From an uncultured Gammaproteobacteria bacterium (GTDB lineage Bacteria > Pseudomonadota > Gammaproteobacteria > Pseudomonadales > UBA7434), in the NCBI GenBank assembly GCA_963968645.1, contig CAXAHI010000003.1, positions 1 to 49,091 on the forward strand: a stretch of DNA of 49,091 nt, in the 5' to 3' direction. The translations under genes and the position numbers were made by a program. Below are positions 42,459 through 49,091 of the stretch, one piece after another; position 1 is the first letter of the stretch, and each line of letters opens with the position of its first letter. The notes under the pieces were generated by a model. It saw only the letters and a list, made by a program, of their open reading frames with translations. It did not search any database and was not told the DNA's origin.

Positions 42459-44093
42459 TTAATGATTGTCAGTCGAATCTGACAAGTCAGTTTTTTTCGG
42501 TATGGATACACTAAAGCAAGAGCCTTTGCCCACCTCGCTACTTAGTTTCATTTCTCCGCCCAGTAATTGCGTGAAATGCATCGTAATAGAAAGTCCTAAG
42601 CCAGTGCCTAAAAACTGTCTTGTTTCACTGCCATCAATTTGTCTAAAGGGTTCAAAAATAATTTCTTGCTGCTTTTGATCAATGCCTATGCCTGTGTCGC
42701 TGACTTCGATTAATAAGTTTTGGTTTTTAATCGCTGCCGATAAAGTAATAGTGCCTTCATGAGTAAACTTAGCCGCATTACTTAATAAGTTTAAAAGGAT
42801 TTGAAATAATTTTTTCTCATCGACAAGGAATGCGCTGTTAGCATCATTAGTAATGATTTTTAACTCATTATTATTTTTTTCGATTAGCGGAGCTACGGTG
42901 TCGACAGCGCGATTTAATAATGATTTTATATTAACGTTTTGACTACTGACTTCCATCCTTCCTGCTTCAATTTTAGAGATATCTAAAATTGAATTGATCA
43001 AACTTAAAAGATGGTCGGCGTTATGCGTTATTTTATCAACATCTTTTTCGCAATTAAAAATACCTTCATCTTCGAGTACTTCTTTAACTACTTCTGTGTA
43101 GCCAAGAATACTTTGTAGTGGGGTTCGCAACTCATGGGTTATGTTGGCAAGGAATTCAGATTTATGTCTGTTGGCCTCTAGTGCTGTATCTCTTGCTTGA
43201 ACTAGCTCGCTAGTTCTTAATGCTACTTCAGTTTCTAATAAGTCTTTTTGGCCGCGTAGCTTTTGATCTCGCTCTGCAAGCTTGGAGATCATTTGGTTGT
43301 ATACATCTGCAATCTTGATGACTTCTAGCGACGCTTCCGGATCGATGTCGGTGCTTTTATACGCGCCATCGGTTGTTTCTTCCATGACGCTCGTTAATTC
43401 ATTCATCGGCTTTAACAGGCGGCGCAAAGTAAGGCTTAATATAATCGCAAATGCAAAGCCATAACCTAAGCCAACCACTAAGTTGCGTAGAAAAATATCG
43501 AGCTGAAAGCTGCGAACTTCGGATGTGTCTACTTGTATAACCACATAACCTAAATAGGTTTCTTCAATCTCTTCATCGTCCAATGTTAAATCAGGATCAG
43601 AATCATCATTGAAAACGGTATAAACCGGCGCAGCTATTTGCCACGTTGCTTTGCTGCTTGGGAATAAGCGCGCACTGCTGTCTAACCACTTTGATTTATC
43701 GAGTGATGATAGAATTTTTTCATTCGTCTCACCTTCATCAAGTAGAATCGTATTTTCAGCACTAATAATCGCAACGTGTTTAATGCTAGGAAAGTTAAGT
43801 GTGGCTAGCGCAGCTTCTTTAGCGTTTTCACCACTATCGTAGAGAAGAGCGAGCGCACTTAATTGCGCAAAATTTTCAGTTGCTTGAATGCCCTCGCGCT
43901 CATAAAAGCGAGAGATCATGGTGCTGGCCATATAGGAGTAAGCGAAAGCGGCAATAATGGCGAGTGCAAAACCGGCTATAGAGAATCGTGCAAATAATTC
44001 TGCCTGAAAGCTGCGGCTTTTGGTTTTTTTCAATTTACGCTGATCGGGTGCGATGGCGGTAGATTGTTTTAATTCGGTTTTTAATATTTCCAT
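42459..44093 (-). CDS. Membrane sensor histidine kinase (TM-periplasmic-TM-HAMP-HisKA-HATPase_c), no receiver domain
   Basis: H-box FLANITHELRTPL, N-box QILLNLLSNAAKFT, G1 DTGIGI, G2 GTGLGL, G.GS.F. Confidence 0.93.
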   Translation of the reverse strand: MEILKTELKQSTAIAPDQRKLKKTKSRSFQAELFARFSIAGFALAIIAAFAYSYMASTMISRFYEREGIQATENFAQLSALALLYDSGENAKEAALATLNFPSIKHVAIISAENTILLDEGETNEKILSSLDKSKWLDSSARLFPSSKATWQIAAPVYTVFNDDSDPDLTLDDEEIEETYLGYVVIQVDTSEVRSFQLDIFLRNLVVGLGYGFAFAIILSLTLRRLLKPMNELTSVMEETTDGAYKSTDIDPEASLEVIKIADVYNQMISKLAERDQKLRGQKDLLETEVALRTSELVQARDTALEANRHKSEFLANITHELRTPLQSILGYTEVVKEVLEDEGIFNCEKDVDKITHNADHLLSLINSILDISKIEAGRMEVSSQNVNIKSLLNRAVDTVAPLIEKNNNELKIITNDANSAFLVDEKKLFQILLNLLSNAAKFTHEGTITLSAAIKNQNLLIEVSDTGIGIDQKQQEIIFEPFRQIDGSETRQFLGTGLGLSITMHFTQLLGGEMKLSSEVGKGSCFSVSIPKKTDLSDSTDNH

Positions 44094-44101
44094 TTTTCAA
44101 T

Positions 44102-45100
44102 CTACCGTTGAGTAGGAAATATTTTGTCAAAGCTAGCGCGTTCTTTGGCGCTTAATCTAATGCCAATGTGCGAGCTAGTTCGAAGGTTAATAGCAAAATT
44201 TAAGTTTTCTGTGCCAATAATTCTATCAATGTCTTCCCCTTTAAAATGTTGAGTAGCAAATTGCGCTAATTGGCCGCCCATTTTTTTATGCTCGGGATAT
44301 ACCGCAATAAATCCGCCGAGTTTTGTATGTGAAGGATTATTAGATATTACTGCTAATTTTTTACTCCAAGCCTTTTCAAGTAATAACGGCAAAATAGTTT
44401 TTGATGGCACAACACTACGAAGCGGTATCCAAACAGCTGAGGTTTTCGGTGTTGCATCGTCAAGGAGTTGTTCATAGAGTTTAACGCCTTCTTTGATATC
44501 AGTGGCAAGGTAACCAATCACTTTTAGGTCATAGTCGGCTGCGACTTTTTGTGCGCGTGTATACCACCAGCCATTTATTTCATCGTTATAAACTAGTCTG
44601 ATATTCTTGATATGGGGTGCTATGCGTTTGAGCTCTTTAAATGCTGGAGCTGGATCACCGGTTAAGCTGACGGTAGGTATGCCGTTAGGCTTACCTGATA
44701 TACCGCCGGCAATAATTAAAATATCGGTTGTTAATGCCTTGGCGAGTTTGTAGCTTCGGTTTCCCACGGCAATAATCAATTCACTTTCGTTAGCTTTAAT
44801 TCTTTCTTCTACGGCGGCTACATTTTCAGTGCTGCTTATAGCAATCGTTGAGACATCAAGCTCAGGATGAGAGGCGATGCCTGAAATAACTTCGTCATAA
44901 ATCATTTTTGCTGCGCCCGTGGCGATAGGCAAAATGACGGTTGTTTTAATAGGCGATGAAGCAGCGTTAGCGGCAATGACGGACTGGCTTAGTAATGTAC
45001 TTATGAGCAGGCACAGAAAAGCCATCACGCTGACAATGTTTCTAGTCAGGCGATGGCTGCGATTGAAAAGCGCGGGTTTAGACGCTATATCTTTGCTCAA
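44102..45100 (-). CDS. Periplasmic ABC-type substrate-binding-like protein
   Basis: Signal-peptide-like segment ending VIA, LIIAVG, LKRIAP.IK.I..VY, GG..A.YP....G.QLA, AINLRT..H.G; 8 bp upstream of the kinase. Start uncertain (TTG). Confidence 0.75.
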   Translation of the reverse strand: MSKDIASKPALFNRSHRLTRNIVSVMAFLCLLISTLLSQSVIAANAASSPIKTTVILPIATGAAKMIYDEVISGIASHPELDVSTIAISSTENVAAVEERIKANESELIIAVGNRSYKLAKALTTDILIIAGGISGKPNGIPTVSLTGDPAPAFKELKRIAPHIKNIRLVYNDEINGWWYTRAQKVAADYDLKVIGYLATDIKEGVKLYEQLLDDATPKTSAVWIPLRSVVPSKTILPLLLEKAWSKKLAVISNNPSHTKLGGFIAVYPEHKKMGGQLAQFATQHFKGEDIDRIIGTENLNFAINLRTSSHIGIRLSAKERASFDKIFPTQR

Positions 45101-45391
45101 TTGTACCCAGCATCCATGATTTGGTCTTTCTCCGATAATGCAGTCTTTAAGAGTAAGTGATTGAAATAAGTCGTTTTGCTGTTCTTTAAGTTTGGCAGAT
45201 TTTCATTATTTTGCCTTATGGATTCTGTTGTATTTTAATTGATCTGTGAATTTTCCATTAAAACCAACAATTTAGGTGACAATGTGAATGTAAAGCTGTA
45301 AAAATGTGTCGTATAGTCGATTAAATAACAAGCATCTCAATATAAATAAGATATTTTTTTATAGCTGCACTTATTAAGGAAGGCAATATCA

Positions 45392-47287
45392 ATGACTGAA
45401 ATACACCCGATTTTAGCGGGCAAAGATAAGTCAGCCGCTATTGGTGAGCCTGCCTTTACTTATGCCGACCTTATTGTTGATTATTTAAGTCAAATTGATG
45501 TCGAGTACGTTTATGGTATTCCCGGTGGTGCTATTGAAGCCTTATTTGATGCTCTGGCTCGCCGAGGTAAGGGTGAGATCCCCCAGTCAGCTATTCATCA
45601 TCATCGCGCGCTTGAGCGAAAGAAATCTCGATCATCTAATGGCCCCGAACTAGTTGTTGCTAGGCATGAAGCTGGTGCCGCATTTATGGCCGATGGCTAT
45701 GCTCGATCGACGGGTAAATTAGGTGTTTGTTGCTCTACTACAGGCCCTGGTGCGACGAATTTAATAACCGGTGTGGCTAATGCCTATGTCGACCGTGTGC
45801 CAATGCTAGTGATTACGCCACAAACGGCTTTGCCCAGTTTTGGCCAGCAAGGTTTTCAAGAATCATCGAGTGATTTAGTCGATGTGGTCTCTATGTTTGA
45901 TCACTGTACGCGCTATAGTTCATTGGTATCGCACCCTGACCAACTCGAAGGGAAATTATTTACAGCGCTATCAACCGCCTTTAGACGCCCGCGCGGTCCT
46001 GTTCATTTAAGTATTCCTGCCGATATTTTATCGTTACCTGTCCCTAATGCCGCAGCCAGCTTTAATGTAGCAACCCTTCTTCGTGAACCTGTAGCGGTTG
46101 ATGATGGTAGTTACCATGCACTGTTAACCGCTGTAGAAGCTACGCGTGTTAAGGGTCGTGGCATTACTATATTTATTGGCGAAGATTGCGGTGAGGCGGC
46201 CACTGAGATTTTACAATTTGCCGATTTGGTCGGTGCCAATATAGTTACTTCGCCAGCCGGTAAGCGCTGGATAGGTACTGGCCATCCACGTTATTGCGGT
46301 GTATTTGGTTTTGCGGGTCATGATAGTGCTAGGCGGGCTTTAACCGATGATACCGTCGATCTAGTCATGGCCGTGGGTACGAGTTTTAACGAGTTAGATA
46401 CTGCTGGCTGGGATACGCAGGCATTATTAAATGATCGTTTAGTGCATGTGGCTTCATCGGTGGCGAGTTTCGATCGCTCCCCTATGGCCTACTTGCATGT
46501 TTACGGTAATCTTCGCGCCTTGTTTAGTCAGTTAGTTACCGGCTTAGACGCCAAATATATTGCTTACCGCAATTACTCCATACCTGAATCAGCGTCTATT
46601 GAGCCTACTCAGCAATTAGTTGATGATCTAATACCGGCTCGCATTGATATTTGTGATCCTGAAAAGCTTCTCTGCGATGTTTTACCTATTAAGCCTCAGC
46701 GTTTAATGAATGAATTGGTAAAAAAATGTGCGCCTAACTCACGTTTCTTTATTGAAACGGGCAATGCCTGGAGTTGGGCAACGCATTATATGCACCTCAA
46801 ATCGCCAAATTGCTTTTTTATTGCAATGGGTTTTGGCGCGATGGGCTGGGCGATTGGTGGTGCCATTGGTGCCGCACTAGGTAATCGAAAATCACCCGTG
46901 GTCTGTATTGCCGGTGATGGCGCCTATTTAATGTCGGGACAAGAAATTACTGTAGCGGTAGAGCATAAACTACCGGTTATTTACGTAATACTGAATGATA
47001 AAGCCTTGGGCATGGTTAAGCATGGTCAGCGCTTGAATCAAGCAGAAGAAATAGGCGCAGATTTACCCTCTGTCGATTTTGCGGCTTTAGCCCGTTCAGT
47101 TGGAGCTAAAGCGCATACTATCGAATGCTGGGAAGATCTGAGTGATATCGATGATGATGAGTTAGCGGGTTTATCTGGACCCTTATTACTTGACGTCTTA
47201 ATCGATGGTGACGAAATACCCCCTATGAAATCACGCTTAACCGTTCTCCAAAATGCCAAGCATGAAGTTAATCTGTCTAGTTTGTAA
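45392..47287 (+). CDS. Thiamine diphosphate-dependent enzyme, acetolactate synthase large-subunit superfamily
   Basis: YGIPGG, RHEAGAAFMADGYAR, TTGPGATN, GPVHLSIP.D, ThDP motif GDGAYLM-X-ILND; AAGGAAGG SD. Confidence 0.92.
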   Translation: MTEIHPILAGKDKSAAIGEPAFTYADLIVDYLSQIDVEYVYGIPGGAIEALFDALARRGKGEIPQSAIHHHRALERKKSRSSNGPELVVARHEAGAAFMADGYARSTGKLGVCCSTTGPGATNLITGVANAYVDRVPMLVITPQTALPSFGQQGFQESSSDLVDVVSMFDHCTRYSSLVSHPDQLEGKLFTALSTAFRRPRGPVHLSIPADILSLPVPNAAASFNVATLLREPVAVDDGSYHALLTAVEATRVKGRGITIFIGEDCGEAATEILQFADLVGANIVTSPAGKRWIGTGHPRYCGVFGFAGHDSARRALTDDTVDLVMAVGTSFNELDTAGWDTQALLNDRLVHVASSVASFDRSPMAYLHVYGNLRALFSQLVTGLDAKYIAYRNYSIPESASIEPTQQLVDDLIPARIDICDPEKLLCDVLPIKPQRLMNELVKKCAPNSRFFIETGNAWSWATHYMHLKSPNCFFIAMGFGAMGWAIGGAIGAALGNRKSPVVCIAGDGAYLMSGQEITVAVEHKLPVIYVILNDKALGMVKHGQRLNQAEEIGADLPSVDFAALARSVGAKAHTIECWEDLSDIDDDELAGLSGPLLLDVLIDGDEIPPMKSRLTVLQNAKHEVNLSSL

Positions 47288-47465
47288 TCACGATTAGTTT
47301 GTGGCTAATTGCCTCTTCTGGCGATATAGAGACCGTGTTGCCCCTCATTGACAATTCAGATGCAATAAAACTGTTAGTTTTTAGAACTTGTAGCCGCTTG
47401 GTGTGTGATTTTTAGAAAATGTTCTATAGTTTTAGTCTAGGGATTTTTTAAAAGCATTGAAAATA

Positions 47466-47490
47466 CAATCGATTACATAACGATCGATTG
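47466..47490. promoter_or_regulatory. Inverted repeat, candidate operator upstream of the TonB receptor
   Basis: CAATCGAT-N9-ATCGATTG about 85 bp upstream of ATG 47576. Confidence 0.4.
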
Positions 47491-47575
47491 AATTGAGCGT
47501 AATAGTGGCACAGCACATCACCGCATAGCCACAACAGACAAGGAAGGCTCAACCAAGTAAAACGAGAGCTGAAAA

Positions 47576-49091
47576 ATGAATACTATAAAACTAATATCCT
47601 TACTTGCTATAGCTTACTGCCCAATACTTTTTGCGCAGATTGAAGATGATATTGATGAGTTGACAGGGCTTTACGATGATGAAGAGCTGATTCGTATCGC
47701 TACAGGAACAGCAAAGCAAGTTCGCTTTGCCCCTTCAGTCGCTACCGTCATTACGCAACAAGATATCAAAAATTCCGGTGCGCTTACCTTAGATCAGGCC
47801 CTCGAAATGGTCCCTGGTTTACATGTTTCAAGTTCCTTTAACCGCCAAGACGCCATATATTCTATTCGCGGTATTCATACAGGACAAAACCCACAAGTCA
47901 TGGTGTTAATTGATGGTGTTCGTATGGCTCAGTTGTTTACGGGTGCGCGTCCTTTTAATTATCAACTGCCGGTCAATAATATTGATCGTATCGAAGTGAT
48001 TCGTGGACCAGGTTCTGCAGTTTATGGTGCGGATGCTTTTGCTGGCGTTATAAGTGTTACAACCAAAACACATTCAGGTATTGATGGCTGGGATGTCGGC
48101 TCGCGCGTGGGCTCTTTTCAAAGTAAAGAAGCTTGGTTACGGATGGGTCGAGAGTTTGGCGGCCTTAATGTCAATTTATCAATTGATTATGCGAGTAATG
48201 ATGGTGATCGAGATCGTTTAATTAATAATGATGCGCAATCATTATTATTGCCTTCGCCGTTAGTGGGAAATCCTACCGCCTCTTTTGCCCCCGGGCCATT
48301 AGAGAATCGTCATGAAATGTGGAACTCTAAACTGAATGTGTCGACTGCCATATGGGAGCTTGATACGTTTTCATGGAATTTAGTCGATGCAGGTGTTGGT
48401 TCTGGAGCAGCACAGGCTTTAGATCCTGCAGGTTATGATGAAAATGATTACTACGGATCTAACTTTTTAATTAAGCCGCTTGAGTTTGGTAAAGCATGGA
48501 CTTTTAACGGTAATCTTGGATTTACTGTTTTAGATTTGGACGCGCATTTTGTTTTATTTCCTCCTGGTGCTGAGTTTGCAGGATTTCCTTTCGAGGATGG
48601 TGTTATTGGGAACCCTAGTTATTTAGAGAAGACAACATTCGGTGAGGTGGTTAGTACACACACAAGTGATTCTATGAATATAAGAATTGCGGTTGGTTTT
48701 CGAAGTCAAGAATTTGAAGCCAGTGAAACCAAAAACTTTGGCAGTGCTTTTGGAACACTTGTCGATGTAAGTGGTACAGCTGAGGTTTACATTAGAGATG
48801 AAGAGCGTGAGCATTATTATGTTTCACTCCAAAATGAATGGGCCTTTGCTAATGATTGGGAATTAACGGCAGGCGTTCGTTATGACACTTTTACCCAGTT
48901 TGGTGATTCCGTTAATCCTCGTATTGCGTTGGTTTGGGCGACAACACATAACTTAACCACAAAGTTTTTATACGGTCGTGCTTTCCGAGCGCCATCGTTC
49001 AGTGAGTTATTTGCAGATAATAATCCATCACTTATTGGTAACGCGAATTTAAAGCCAGAAATTATTGATACCTTAGAGGTGGCTTTTGATT
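47576..49091 (+). CDS. TonB-dependent receptor (partial, runs off window end; absent from ORF track)
   Basis: Manual translation: MNTIKLISLLAIAYCPILFA signal, IATGT...APSVATVIT, VPGL, YSIRG, VLIDG, plug signature IDRIEVIRGPGSAVYGADAFAGVI; later GVRYD, NPRIAL, YGRAFRAPS, NLKPE. Confidence 0.93.
   Translation, partial: MNTIKLISLLAIAYCPILFAQIEDDIDELTGLYDDEELIRIATGTAKQVRFAPSVATVITQQDIKNSGALTLDQALEMVPGLHVSSSFNRQDAIYSIRGIHTGQNPQVMVLIDGVRMAQLFTGARPFNYQLPVNNIDRIEVIRGPGSAVYGADAFAGVISVTTKTHSGIDGWDVGSRVGSFQSKEAWLRMGREFGGLNVNLSIDYASNDGDRDRLINNDAQSLLLPSPLVGNPTASFAPGPLENRHEMWNSKLNVSTAIWELDTFSWNLVDAGVGSGAAQALDPAGYDENDYYGSNFLIKPLEFGKAWTFNGNLGFTVLDLDAHFVLFPPGAEFAGFPFEDGVIGNPSYLEKTTFGEVVSTHTSDSMNIRIAVGFRSQEFEASETKNFGSAFGTLVDVSGTAEVYIRDEEREHYYVSLQNEWAFANDWELTAGVRYDTFTQFGDSVNPRIALVWATTHNLTTKFLYGRAFRAPSFSELFADNNPSLIGNANLKPEIIDTLEVAFD

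Noticed and set aside
47506-47520. TGGCAC upstream of the TonB receptor as a sigma54 -24 element
   Set aside because: No TTGC/GC at the required -12 position.
48623-48814. 63-aa minus-strand ORF near the window end
   Set aside because: Antisense to the TonB-dependent receptor reading frame.

Overview
AT-rich marine-type gammaproteobacterial chromosome segment (gene order is Pseudomonadales/Cellvibrionales/Oceanospirillales-like; taxonomy is inference). The core (6.1-38.8 kb) is conserved housekeeping synteny: tatC-tatB-tatA-hisE-hisI-ubiB-ubiJ-ubiE, MAPEG, DUF971, SPOR protein, argS, priA, rpmE, malic enzyme, mrcA, pilMNOPQ, aroK, aroB, DamX-like protein, gltBD, hemE, with hslVU missing from its usual slot. 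Two accessory ends are the most interesting. (1) 14-3894: a GT4 glycosyltransferase, two SAM methyltransferases and a 'prenyltransferase'-annotated hydrolase-like protein that together match, from recalled sequence features, the actinobacterial methylmannose polysaccharide (MMP) set ManT/MeT3/MmpH/MeT1, a pathway I know of only from Actinobacteria. (2) 42459-49091: an orphan sensor kinase plus a permease-less periplasmic binding protein, divergent from a stand-alone ThDP enzyme and a TonB-dependent receptor (truncated by the window end), a candidate small-molecule signalling system. Also present: a GlyGly-CTERM M12B metallopeptidase and a PUA-less, Campylobacterota-like proB. No rRNA, tRNA, CRISPR array or mobile element was seen. 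All family assignments come from motif reading, not database searches.
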